Assembly: GCA_965279315.1 (NCBI GenBank)
Contig: OZ257145.1
Span: 1,099,582-1,163,581 of the forward strand
Direction of reading: 5' to 3'
DNA length: 64,000 nt
Source of the DNA: Alphaproteobacteria bacterium
GTDB taxonomy: Bacteria; Pseudomonadota; Alphaproteobacteria; Micavibrionales; UBA2020
The position numbers and the translations under genes were made by a program. Shown one piece after another: positions 37,631 through 46,039 of the stretch; position 1 is the first letter of the stretch, and every line of letters starts with the position of its first letter. The notes under the pieces were generated by a model that was not told where the DNA came from, did no database searches, and was given only the letters and a program-made list of their open reading frames with translations.

Positions 37631-38734
37631 ATGACAGCACTACGCAAGGAAGATGTCGTCAAGGCACTGGCAGGGGTGATCGACCCCGCGCGCGGCCGCG
37701 ATATTATGTCACTTGGCATGGTGCAGGAAGTCGCCGTGAATGACGGCACCGTTTCTTTCGCCATCGAAGTCGATCCGGCGCGGGGCAACGAACTGGAGCC
37801 GCTGCGTCAGGCTGCGCAGTCTGCCGTCGAAAAGCTGGCGGGCGCGAAAACCGTCCTCGCGGTGCTGACGGCCGAACGCGCCGCGCCGCCGAAGCTCAAC
37901 GTGCGCGGAAGCCCTCAAACGCCGACGCATAAAATCTCGCAGCGTCCCGTCGCGCCGAAAGTAAAGCACATGATCGCGGTCGCATCGGGCAAGGGCGGCG
38001 TCGGCAAATCGACGGTCGCCGCGAACCTTGCGCTGTCTTTCGCCGCACTCGGCAAAAAAACCGGATTGCTTGACGCCGATATTTACGGCTCGTCGCAGCC
38101 GCTGATGATGGGCCTGCGCCAGAAACCGGAAACGAATGACGATGACATGATCGTGCCGCTGGTGGCGCATGGCGTGAAATTCATGTCGATGGGATTTTTT
38201 GTCGAACCCGACGCGCCCGTCATCTGGCGCGGGCCGATGGTGCACAGCGCGATCCAGCAGCTTCTCCGTGATGTGGAATGGGGCGACGTTGATATCCTTG
38301 TGATCGACCTGCCGCCCGGCACGGGCGACGCGCAATTGTCGATGGCGCAATATGTGCCGCTGTCGGGCGCGGTGATCGTGTCCACCCCGCAGGATGTTGC
38401 GCTGAATGAAGCCAAAAAAGGCCTCAAGATGTTCGAGAAAACCGGCGTCGATGTATTGGGCATTATCGAGAACATGAGCTATCACAGCTGCTCGGCTTGC
38501 GGCCACCGCGAAGACATCTTCGGCCATGGCGGCGCGAAAAAAGCGGCAGCGGATTTGAAGGTTGAATTCCTTGGCGAGATCCCGCTGGTCAAAATAATCC
38601 GCGAAGACGCCGATAACGGCAAGCCGTTCGTGGCGGCACATGCGGGCCATGACGCGGCGGAAAATTTCCGCAACATCGCCGCGCGCGTCTGGATGAAACT
38701 GCCGGAAAAGCGTCCGCCCGACAAATCCAAATAG
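37631..38734 (+). CDS. mrp: Mrp/ApbC/NBP35 family iron-sulfur cluster carrier ATPase
   Basis: N-terminal DUF59-like region, deviant Walker A VASGKGGVGKST, and the CSACGH cysteine pair. Confidence 0.9.
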   Translation: MTALRKEDVVKALAGVIDPARGRDIMSLGMVQEVAVNDGTVSFAIEVDPARGNELEPLRQAAQSAVEKLAGAKTVLAVLTAERAAPPKLNVRGSPQTPTHKISQRPVAPKVKHMIAVASGKGGVGKSTVAANLALSFAALGKKTGLLDADIYGSSQPLMMGLRQKPETNDDDMIVPLVAHGVKFMSMGFFVEPDAPVIWRGPMVHSAIQQLLRDVEWGDVDILVIDLPPGTGDAQLSMAQYVPLSGAVIVSTPQDVALNEAKKGLKMFEKTGVDVLGIIENMSYHSCSACGHREDIFGHGGAKKAAADLKVEFLGEIPLVKIIREDADNGKPFVAAHAGHDAAENFRNIAARVWMKLPEKRPPDKSK

Positions 38735-38736
38735 TT

Positions 38737-38760
38737 ATCCCAGCCTTCGCTGGGATGATG
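38737..38760. repeat. small REP-like hairpin
   Basis: ATCCCAGCcttcGCTGGGATGAT directly after the mrp stop. Same family as 22582-22603. Confidence 0.5.
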
Positions 38761-38763
38761 CCC

Positions 38764-39255
38764 TTAATTCAGCTTAATATCCGGCATATCCGTATCCGTG
38801 CCACCCGCCTGCACGCGCTTGCGGGCTTTGGCGGCCAGTTCCTCGTACTGGTCGCGCAGCGCAATCAGGTCTTCCTCGCTCAACTCTTCAAGGTCAAGCA
38901 GCACGGTATGCGCGCCCTTGGTCGCGCGGATCAGCTCGTCCAGTTTCAGTTGCATCGCATAGGTGTCGCGCGTCTGCGTGTTCTGGATCAGGAACACCAT
39001 CAGGAAGGTGATAATGGTGGTGGTCGTGTTAATGACCAGCTGCCATGTGTTGGAATAATCGAACAGCGGCCCGCAAGCCGCCCATCCGATGACCAATCCG
39101 CAGGCGGTCAGGAACACGACCGGCTTGCCCGACCATGCGGCAACCTTGCCGGCAAAGGCGGTAAATTTAGGGCGCGGGCCTGACCCCGCCTTGCAAAGCC
39201 CCGAGGTGGGGGCTTTTCTTGCAGTGCCCAAAATTGGTTTTTTACGCGTCGCCAT
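38764..39255 (-). CDS. low-affinity iron permease family protein
   Basis: WSGKPVVFLTACGLVIGWAACGPLFDYSNTWQLVINTTTTIITFLMVFLIQNTQ. Confidence 0.7.
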   Translation of the reverse strand: MATRKKPILGTARKAPTSGLCKAGSGPRPKFTAFAGKVAAWSGKPVVFLTACGLVIGWAACGPLFDYSNTWQLVINTTTTIITFLMVFLIQNTQTRDTYAMQLKLDELIRATKGAHTVLLDLEELSEEDLIALRDQYEELAAKARKRVQAGGTDTDMPDIKLN

Positions 39256-39358
39256 GTTGTCGGCCCTTTGATGGTTTATTAGGCAAGGCTAACGCGGCGC
39301 ACGGGATAGTTGTTCCCGCGATCAATTTTTTTATATGAATATCAAGGGCAACGAGGAA

Positions 39359-39655
39359 TTAAGGGATAATCTCTATGATAATATCTGCCCCATTATTAGA
39401 AAGTGCTCCCACACGCGGTAAACATTTTTGTAAATAGAGAATATCGTCGAGTATTCCTGATGGCAGTTCTTTTGTGTTTATAATTCGAATTGTATAAGGC
39501 GGATCTACCTTGTTAATACTGCCATATACCATTGAATCAATAAACGCATCCACATTGGTGCCGTGCCATTCTGGCGAGCCGAGAGCCGCGCACAGTGCAT
39601 CGGTGTAATCGCTGTAGGTCTTCCATGTCTTGGCATCAAGTTCGAGAATCTTCAT
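39359..39655 (-). CDS. barstar-like ribonuclease-inhibitor/immunity family protein
   Basis: 98 aa, AT-rich. SDYTDALCAALGSPEWHGTNVDAFIDSM parallels the barstar segment [28 protein letters not shown], and the C-terminus DIIIEIIP parallels DITIILS. Confidence 0.7.
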   Translation of the reverse strand: MKILELDAKTWKTYSDYTDALCAALGSPEWHGTNVDAFIDSMVYGSINKVDPPYTIRIINTKELPSGILDDILYLQKCLPRVGALSNNGADIIIEIIP

Positions 39656-39661
39656 AGAATA

Positions 39662-40441
39662 TTATCTCGCCGCGTTGATTGTTGGATGGCGGTGGCGATA
39701 TACCACAATCGTGATAGCCGTCAGCATTACGCAAGCAGCGGTATAAGCACCGAAAAACAGCGCGACATTTTCGATGCGGGTATCCATGCGGTCGGCGATG
39801 ACGGTGAAATCGTTCGCGATATGCCCGCCGATGCCGTCGTTGTAAATTTCGCGCGCAAGGTCGTTGGTATAAAGGCTGAAGGCCAGCAATGATCCCTTGG
39901 CAACCGCGAACAGGCCGAAAATCATGTTGATGTATTTCTCCGCCACCGGCGAATGTTCGGAATAGGTCTGGCCACAGGCCGCGCGCCAGATGCAGTAACA
40001 GCCGACCAGCACGGCGCCGCCATTGCCCATGAAATTGATGACCCATTCATGGCGGTCGTGAAACGAAAAATACAAATGCGCGCCGGTCAATGCCAGCACC
40101 AGCATGATTGCCGGAAAACGGTACTCCTGGAACAGCAGCCAGCACAGGTACAGCACGCCCAAGTAAACCGCGCCCTGCAACAGCCATGTGCGCTCCATCA
40201 AGGGCTGTGCGAAACCGCCGCCATCGTTGAAATTGAAAACCGGTATCGCGGGAATGCCGAAGCTGAACATGGCAACCGTGTGGCCCAGTTCGTGAAAGAA
40301 CACCGTCATATAACCGAGCCCCGCATGGGGCGCGCGCAAAACCATCAGCGCCCAGCCGGGCATGTCCCAGTTCTGCAGCTCCGCAATTTCGGGCGACAGC
40401 ACGGCAAGGGCGATCAGCAGGCTGATGAAAAACAGGCGCAT
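39662..40441 (-). CDS. polytopic membrane protein with HExxH motif (peptidase M50B-like)
   Basis: 259 aa with about 6 TM helices. FFHELGHTVAMFSFG lies in a membrane-embedded segment. Confidence 0.65.
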   Translation of the reverse strand: MRLFFISLLIALAVLSPEIAELQNWDMPGWALMVLRAPHAGLGYMTVFFHELGHTVAMFSFGIPAIPVFNFNDGGGFAQPLMERTWLLQGAVYLGVLYLCWLLFQEYRFPAIMLVLALTGAHLYFSFHDRHEWVINFMGNGGAVLVGCYCIWRAACGQTYSEHSPVAEKYINMIFGLFAVAKGSLLAFSLYTNDLAREIYNDGIGGHIANDFTVIADRMDTRIENVALFFGAYTAACVMLTAITIVVYRHRHPTINAAR

Positions 40442-40478
40442 GGTTCAAGTCTCCGCCATGCCGCGCATTTTGTAAAGA

Positions 40479-41366
40479 TCAGGGCTTCGGCGGTTTCGGC
40501 GCGCTGCCCTTGGCCGATGGGTCTTTCGGCTCTTTCTTCACGGGGATGTCGGGGAAGGGTTGCGACTGGACGTAACCGTCCTTGTCGAAACTAAGGTTCA
40601 CGGTGTAACCGCTCCCGCGGCTGACTTCGTTGAACAGCGATACGGCGCGGCGCACCATGCCCTTGTCGACGCCTTCGGATGCGGCGGCGATTTTTTCGGC
40701 CATTTCTTCGTGGTCATCGGGATACGGGCCGTCGCGACCTTCCTTCAGGTCTTCCTGTGATGCTTCCAGTTCCGCTAGCTGCAGCGCGATGAAGACGCGT
40801 TTCGATTCAGGCTCCATCTGCGACAGCGCGGTGTAATACTGGTCGGGGTCTTCGATCTCGTCCGTCATGCGGATTTCATCGACGATGCTGCCCGTCAGCG
40901 GGTCGAACTTGTCGAAGATATCGTCAAAATTTTCGGCATCCACCAGCAGCGCCGCCGCCGACATGCTGTCGACATCTTTCGGGTCCAGGCGGCCGCGGTA
41001 ATGGTTTTCGATCAGCCCCGCCGCAATCACGCGGATCATGTCGAGGTCGGATGCCTCCTCGATCGCAAGGCGGATTTCCTTGCGCTTCGGCAAAATGCCC
41101 ATCGCCGCTTCGCTGATGCGTTCCTGTTCGGCCTCTTCCTCCAGCGACCAGCCCTTTTTTGAAGGACGGTCGTCGTCTTCCACATCGTCGTCATTCGCGG
41201 CGTCGCGGTTGTTCAGGCCAAGGTCGTAGATGTTTTTTTCGGGCTCAGCCGGCGCTTCGGCGGGCGCGGGCGGATCGACGGGGTCGAGGTCAAAGCTCTT
41301 GAATGAATCGCGCAGGCGTTTTTTCTCTTTGTCTTTTGCGCTGTCTTTCGCGTTTTCTTTGGCCAT
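40479..41366 (-). CDS. acidic hypothetical protein with K/P-rich C-terminal tail
   Basis: 295 aa with no signal peptide. Asp/Glu-rich, ending KKEPKDPSAKGSAPKPPKP. No family recognised. Confidence 0.55.
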   Translation of the reverse strand: MAKENAKDSAKDKEKKRLRDSFKSFDLDPVDPPAPAEAPAEPEKNIYDLGLNNRDAANDDDVEDDDRPSKKGWSLEEEAEQERISEAAMGILPKRKEIRLAIEEASDLDMIRVIAAGLIENHYRGRLDPKDVDSMSAAALLVDAENFDDIFDKFDPLTGSIVDEIRMTDEIEDPDQYYTALSQMEPESKRVFIALQLAELEASQEDLKEGRDGPYPDDHEEMAEKIAAASEGVDKGMVRRAVSLFNEVSRGSGYTVNLSFDKDGYVQSQPFPDIPVKKEPKDPSAKGSAPKPPKP

Positions 41367-41475
41367 GCGATTTCTTCCCTAACATCTGTGGAATCGGCTG
41401 CAAATCTTGTATGGGGGCGAGATTACAGTATTATGAAATATTAGGCTAGGAAAATCGTGGCAAAACAGGGGGCTG

Positions 41476-41988
41476 TTAACCTTTGCGCTCCAGCACCGTG
41501 ATGGTGTAATCGGCGCTTTCCCCTTCTTTTGCCTTGTGAAATTCGCGTTTCACTTCGTCCCATTCAGACCGGTCGAAGGACGGGAAAACGGTGTCGCCCT
41601 CCGGTTTCAGGTGGATTTCGGTCAGGTACAACCGGTCGGCATGGGGCAAAGCGAGGGCGTAAATCTCCGCCCCGCCGCCCACGAATACTTGGCTCACCCC
41701 GTCGCGCGCCGCCGTCGCTTTTCCATGGGTTATCGCCGCCTCCAGCGTATGTTTCACGACCGCGCCTTCGACGGTGTAATGCGCATCGCGCGTCACCACG
41801 ATATTCTCCCGCTTCGGCAGCGGGCCGCCCAGCGTCTCCAGCGTCTTGCGGCCAAAGATGATCGGGTGGCCGAGCGTGGTTTTCTTGAAATACTGGAATT
41901 CCGACTTGATCTCCCAGGGCAGCCAGTCGCCCTTGCCCATCACGCCGTTTTCGGCGACGGCAGCGATAAGTGCAATTTTTACTGTCAT
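41476..41988 (-). CDS. folA: dihydrofolate reductase
   Basis: IALIAAVAENGVMGKGDWLPWEIKSEFQYFKKTT and VGGGAEIY. Confidence 0.9.
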   Translation of the reverse strand: MTVKIALIAAVAENGVMGKGDWLPWEIKSEFQYFKKTTLGHPIIFGRKTLETLGGPLPKRENIVVTRDAHYTVEGAVVKHTLEAAITHGKATAARDGVSQVFVGGGAEIYALALPHADRLYLTEIHLKPEGDTVFPSFDRSEWDEVKREFHKAKEGESADYTITVLERKG

Positions 41989-42011
41989 GGCTACAATTCC
42001 TTGTCGTGTGT

Positions 42012-42155
42012 CTCCTCTCCTTTGGGAGAGGAGATGTCGCGAAGCGACAGAGGTGAGGGTACTTGGTAAACGTAAGAGCCTAAAGCCGACGGAGTACCCT
42101 CATCCTCCCGCCGCAAGAAAGCACGGCGGGCCCCTCCTTCTCCCAAAGGAGAAGG
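42012..42155. repeat. ~145-nt multi-hairpin intergenic repeat, copy A
   Basis: CTCCTCTCCtttGGGAGAGGAG-ATGTCGCGAAGCGACAG-GTGAGGGTACT...AGTACCCTCATCCT-CCCGCCGCaagaaagcaCGGCGGG-CCCCTCCTTCTCCcaaaGGAGAAGG. Arms nearly identical to 49710-49854. Confidence 0.85.
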
Positions 42156-42164
42156 GTGTTTTCG

Positions 42165-42959
42165 TCATACCGCTACTTGCCCCTTGATCGCGGCGTGGTG
42201 TTCGTATCCTTCCAGCGTGAAGCTTTCATAGGTGAAATCGGCAAGGTTTTTCACGGCGGGATCAATCTTCATGCGCGGCAGCGGCAGCGGTTCGCGCTGC
42301 AATTGCAAACGGCATTGTTCCATATGGTTCACGTAGATATGCAGGTCGCCGAAGCTATGGATGAATTCACCCGGCTGCAGACCTGTGACTTGCGCGATCA
42401 TCAGCGTCAGCAGCGCATAGGACGCAATGTTGAACGGCACGCCCAAAAATACGTCGGCCGAGCGCTGGTACAGCTGGCATGACAATTTCCCGTCCGACAC
42501 ATAGAACTGGAACAGGCAATGGCAGGGGGCGAGGGCCATCTTCGGCAGGTCCGACGGGTTCCATGCGGAGACAATCAGGCGGCGGCTGTCGGGATTGGTC
42601 TTGATCTCGTTCACGATGTCGCCGATCTGGTCGATGGCTTTGTCATCGGCGGCCGCCCAGCTGCGCCATTGATGGCCATAAACGGGGCCCAGGTCGCCGC
42701 GTTCATCCGCCCATTCATCCCAGATGCGGACGTTGTTATCCTTCAGGTATTTGATGTTGGTGTCGCCCTTCAGGAACCACAGCAATTCGTGGATGATCGA
42801 TTTCGTATGCACCTTTTTCGTGGTGACGAGGGGGAAGCCATCGGCGAGGTCATAGCGGTTCTGGTAGCCGAAAGTTGAAATGGTGTCGATGCCGGTGCGG
42901 TTTTTCTTCAGCTTGCCGTTGTCCAGCACATGCTGCATCAGGTCGAGATACTGCTTCAT
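42165..42959 (-). CDS. thyA: thymidylate synthase (ThyA type)
   Basis: Start trimmed to [15 protein letters not shown]. Also [11 protein letters not shown] and the active-site region [13 protein letters not shown]. Confidence 0.95.
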   Translation of the reverse strand: MKQYLDLMQHVLDNGKLKKNRTGIDTISTFGYQNRYDLADGFPLVTTKKVHTKSIIHELLWFLKGDTNIKYLKDNNVRIWDEWADERGDLGPVYGHQWRSWAAADDKAIDQIGDIVNEIKTNPDSRRLIVSAWNPSDLPKMALAPCHCLFQFYVSDGKLSCQLYQRSADVFLGVPFNIASYALLTLMIAQVTGLQPGEFIHSFGDLHIYVNHMEQCRLQLQREPLPLPRMKIDPAVKNLADFTYESFTLEGYEHHAAIKGQVAV

Positions 42960-43066
42960 CTTCGGATGCCCCCCGTTCGAATTCACCCGATTCTAGCATA
43001 ACCCCACGGGCGGTTGGGGAGGGGTTTTAGAGCATGAAACGCATCAGCGCCGCTACCTTCCTTTAT

Positions 43067-43096
43067 TTGACATAAATATATGCCGTGTGCTATGTT
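43067..43096 (+). promoter_or_regulatory. candidate sigma70-type promoter
   Basis: TTGACA-N18-TATGTT with a TG dinucleotide just upstream of the -10 box, about 30 nt before the 43126 start. Confidence 0.4.
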
Positions 43097-43125
43097 TTTC
43101 CATCCTGAAAAAAGGCCGAAAAACG

Positions 43126-44106
43126 ATGTCCGCAACCGCCCCGAAAACCGATGATGCCAATCCCGCCGCCGCAACCGGCTGGGACAAATCGGCGCTGCTG
43201 AAATTCAGGGCCGGCCAAACGCCGCAGCGCAAGGCCGACGACAAGAAACGCTTGAAACAGGTCTTCAACCTCGCCGCCAAATCAAAATCGGTGAAGGAAG
43301 CGCTCGACTGGGCCATGGCGAACGATATCGATATCGTGATCGACCGCACCTCGCGCAATGTCGGCGGCTATTACATGAACGGCACCGGCACGGTTGCCCT
43401 GTCCGACCCTGCCTTCTGGAGCGAGTCAAGATTGGCGGGCGTCATCGTGCATGAAATCCGCCATGCCTGGCAGGACAGGCAGAAATTGATTTCGACCGCC
43501 GAATACCGGCTTGACCATTACATCATCAAGAACGCGCTGATCGAGGCCGATGCCACCGCCCATCAGCGCCTTGCGGAGCAGGAAGTGCGGGTGTTCGACA
43601 CCGCCGGGATGATCAGGAAGTTGGCGCAAAAAGGGCAGGATACCGACTGGGCGGAAAAAAACCACGCAGCGGAGGCGCAGAAAATCGCCGATCCCAATGC
43701 ATACCTGCTGGCGCAATTCAAAGGTTGGTATACGGGCGGGCTGCCCTCCCTCTACGGACGCGCGGCAACGCAGCGTTTCGCGCGCCAGCACGGCATGACC
43801 GATGTGCCGCTGCCCGACTGGAACCTTGAAATGCCGATGATCACCGTGCCGGTGGACACCGGCGTCGATTTCCTGCACCGCCGCGCCTTGCGCAAGCTGG
43901 GCGAGCGGTATGACGGCAGCAACTATTTCAAATCCGCCGACCTGAAGCAGGTGAAGGCCGAACAGCTGTCCGCCGCCAGCGCCCGCCGGTTTTTCAACCA
44001 GGCCGCCGCCAATGATACGGCGCTTGTGAAAGAGGTCGTGAAGCGCGAACGCGCCGAGCGCAAGGCGACCGGCACGCGCCGCCTTGTAAACCCTTGGGCA
44101 GCCTGA
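43126..44106 (+). CDS. hypothetical protein with HExxH motif (putative zinc metallopeptidase-like)
   Basis: Start trimmed to MSATAPKTDD. GVIVHEIRHAWQD motif. No signal peptide. Confidence 0.55.
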   Translation: MSATAPKTDDANPAAATGWDKSALLKFRAGQTPQRKADDKKRLKQVFNLAAKSKSVKEALDWAMANDIDIVIDRTSRNVGGYYMNGTGTVALSDPAFWSESRLAGVIVHEIRHAWQDRQKLISTAEYRLDHYIIKNALIEADATAHQRLAEQEVRVFDTAGMIRKLAQKGQDTDWAEKNHAAEAQKIADPNAYLLAQFKGWYTGGLPSLYGRAATQRFARQHGMTDVPLPDWNLEMPMITVPVDTGVDFLHRRALRKLGERYDGSNYFKSADLKQVKAEQLSAASARRFFNQAAANDTALVKEVVKRERAERKATGTRRLVNPWAA

Positions 44107-44128
44107 AAACCCCCGCTTTTCAACTACT

Positions 44129-44156
44129 TTGCTTTTTCCCGAAAAGAGGCTATATT
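44129..44156 (+). promoter_or_regulatory. candidate ssrA promoter
   Basis: TTGCTT-N16-TATATT immediately upstream of the tmRNA acceptor piece. Confidence 0.5.
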
Positions 44157-44162
44157 AAAGAT

Positions 44163-44515
44163 GTCAGCCGCAAGGCCGACTATGACGATAAACGCGCTGT
44201 GTAATAGGCGATACGGACCCGGGGGCGGTACCCGGCGGCTCCACCATCTACAAAGGTTTTGCGGGATATGAGTTCTTCCGCATCCGGTATGGGGCCGAAA
44301 TAGGATCGACGTGCGTAATAAAGATGGTTGCTTTCGTTCGGTATTGTACCACCGTTATCGGGCTACTTTGATAAATGCTAATGACAATCAGCCGGCAACG
44401 GCAGAACTCCGCCTCGTCGCCTAACGGCACGTAAGCGTAGTTAGCATTCAATCCCTTAGGTAGTAATACTTAGGGTGGGGCGCGGGGCGGGCCTAGCAAC
44501 AGAACCGCCCCACTT
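44163..44515 (+). ncRNA. ssrA: two-piece (circularly permuted) tmRNA
   Basis: The acceptor piece ends ...CCGGGggcggtaCCCGG-CGGCTCC-A-CCA at 44246. The coding piece starts GGGGCCGAAATAGGATCGACG at 44291. GGGGCCG pairs with CGGCTCC and includes a G3-U pair. The tag frame is 44377-44424, with terminal stem GGGGCGG...CCGCCCC at 44484-44511. Outer ends are approximate. Confidence 0.85.
44377..44424 (+). other. tmRNA tag-encoding reading frame (ANDNQPATAELRLVA)
   Basis: GCT AAT GAC AAT CAG CCG GCA ACG GCA GAA CTC CGC CTC GTC GCC TAA. The ANDN start is typical of alphaproteobacterial tags. Confidence 0.75.
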
Positions 44516-44645
44516 TCTTACAGTGAAATTTTTCCCCGCGTTCGCGGTCTTCCATAATCTCCTTAATAAGGGGATGACATGGCAACCGACTCCCTCTAAA
44601 CTGGCCGGAGATATGGCTTTTACGAACACCGGAGCAAGAATAGTT

Positions 44646-45143
44646 ATGCCCCCCCGCAACCAAGAAGACGCCTTCCGATACGACAAGATGGTCGAACGCG
44701 CCCTGCGCGGCGTCGTGAAACAGGCGCTGGACGAAGTCGTCAAGGACGGTCTGGTCGAAGACCACCATTTCTATATCACCTTCTTCACCGAACATCCGGG
44801 CGTGAAGCTGCCGAATTACCTGAAAGAGCGCTATCCCGGCGAAATGACCATCGTTTTGCAGCACCAGTTCTATGACCTGGAGGTTGATAACGACAAGTTT
44901 ACCGTCATGCTGTCCTTCAACAACGTGCCGGAACGCCTGACGATCCCGCTGCCCGCGATCACCATCTTCGCCGATCCTTCCGTCAACTTCGCGCTGCAAT
45001 TCCAGCCGCTGACCGAGGAAGACGAAGACGACGTGCATTTCGAGGCCGAAGAGCTGGACATCGACAAAGACGACAAACAGAAGAAAAAAGGCGAAGTCGT
45101 CTCGCTCGATTCATTCCGCAAGAAAGACAAAGACAAGACGTAA
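44646..45143 (+). CDS. sspB: ClpXP adaptor SspB (alphaproteobacterial type)
   Basis: FRYDKMVERALRGVVKQAL and HHFYITFFTEHPGVKLPNYLKERYPGEMTIVLQHQFYDLEV, with an acidic C-terminal tail. Start uncertain (44574, 44613 or 44646); the longer ORF overlaps ssrA. Confidence 0.85.
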   Translation: MPPRNQEDAFRYDKMVERALRGVVKQALDEVVKDGLVEDHHFYITFFTEHPGVKLPNYLKERYPGEMTIVLQHQFYDLEVDNDKFTVMLSFNNVPERLTIPLPAITIFADPSVNFALQFQPLTEEDEDDVHFEAEELDIDKDDKQKKKGEVVSLDSFRKKDKDKT

Positions 45144-45151
45144 CTCAACGC

Positions 45152-45255
45152 GTCACCCCCGCCTTGTGCGGGGGTCTGGTAGCGCGTCCGCGCGTCACAT
45201 GACTCATGAAGGCAGGCTTCGCCTGCGCCGGATCCCCGCACAAGGCGGGGATGAC
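45152..45255. repeat. pair of inverted REP-like hairpins in the sspB-ABC spacer
   Basis: GTCACCCCCGCcttgtGCGGGGGTC (45152-45176) and its reverse-complement relative GATCCCCGCacaagGCGGGGATGAC (45231-45255). A third hairpin GGCAGGCttcGCCTGC lies at 45211-45226. Confidence 0.7.
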
Positions 45256-45271
45256 ACAGTGGAACGGTTTA

Positions 45272-46039
45272 ATGCCCTACACCATCTCCGTCCAGAACCT
45301 GACCAAACAATATAAAAACGTCCTCGCGGTCGACGGCATTTCGTTCACCGTGAAGAAAGGCAGCATCACCGCGCTGCTGGGCGGCAATGGCGCAGGCAAG
45401 ACAACCACGATCGCCATGCTGCTGGGCGCGCTGTCGCCGTCATCGGGCAGCATCCATATCCTCGGTCACGATATGCTGGGCAACCGCTACCCCGCGCTGC
45501 AGCGCATGAATTTTTCATCCCCTTACGTTGACTTGCCGTGGAAGCTGACCGTGCGCCAGAACCTGCGCGTGTATGGCAAGCTCTATAACGTGCCGGATGT
45601 CGAAAACCATATCGTGAAACTTGCCAAAGAACTCGACATGATGGATTTCCTCGACCGGCAGGTGGGAAAATTGTCGGCGGGGCAGAAAACGCGCGTGTCG
45701 CTGTCAAAGGCGCTGGTGAATATCCCCGATGTGCTGCTGCTGGACGAACCCACCGCATCGCTCGACCCCGATACCGCCGACCGCATCCGCACGCTGCTGG
45801 ATGTTTTCCGCCAGAAACACAACACGACCATCCTGCTCGCCTCGCACAACATGCGCGAGGTGGAACGCCTCTGCGATAACGTGCTGATGATGAAAAAGGG
45901 CAAGATCGTCGATACCGGCACGCCGACCGAACTGGTGAAACGCTATGGCCGCAAGGATATGGAGGAAGTGTTCCTCGATATCGCGCGCGGCACGGGCAAG
46001 GGCGAGACGGTTCACGCCGGGGAAGGGGAAGCCGCATGA
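45272..46039 (+). CDS. ABC transporter ATP-binding protein (ABC-2 exporter type)
   Basis: Start trimmed to MPYTISVQNLTKQY. Walker A GGNGAGKTT, signature LSAGQKTRVSL, Walker B LLLDEPT. Confidence 0.9.
   Translation: MPYTISVQNLTKQYKNVLAVDGISFTVKKGSITALLGGNGAGKTTTIAMLLGALSPSSGSIHILGHDMLGNRYPALQRMNFSSPYVDLPWKLTVRQNLRVYGKLYNVPDVENHIVKLAKELDMMDFLDRQVGKLSAGQKTRVSLSKALVNIPDVLLLDEPTASLDPDTADRIRTLLDVFRQKHNTTILLASHNMREVERLCDNVLMMKKGKIVDTGTPTELVKRYGRKDMEEVFLDIARGTGKGETVHAGEGEAA

Noticed and set aside
44248-44743. ORFs 44248-44451 (-), 44456-44743 (-) and the first ~55 codons of 44475-45143 (+)
   Set aside because: They lie across the tmRNA gene and its terminator. The RNA assignment (CCA end, G3-U acceptor pairing, ANDN tag frame) explains the region better.
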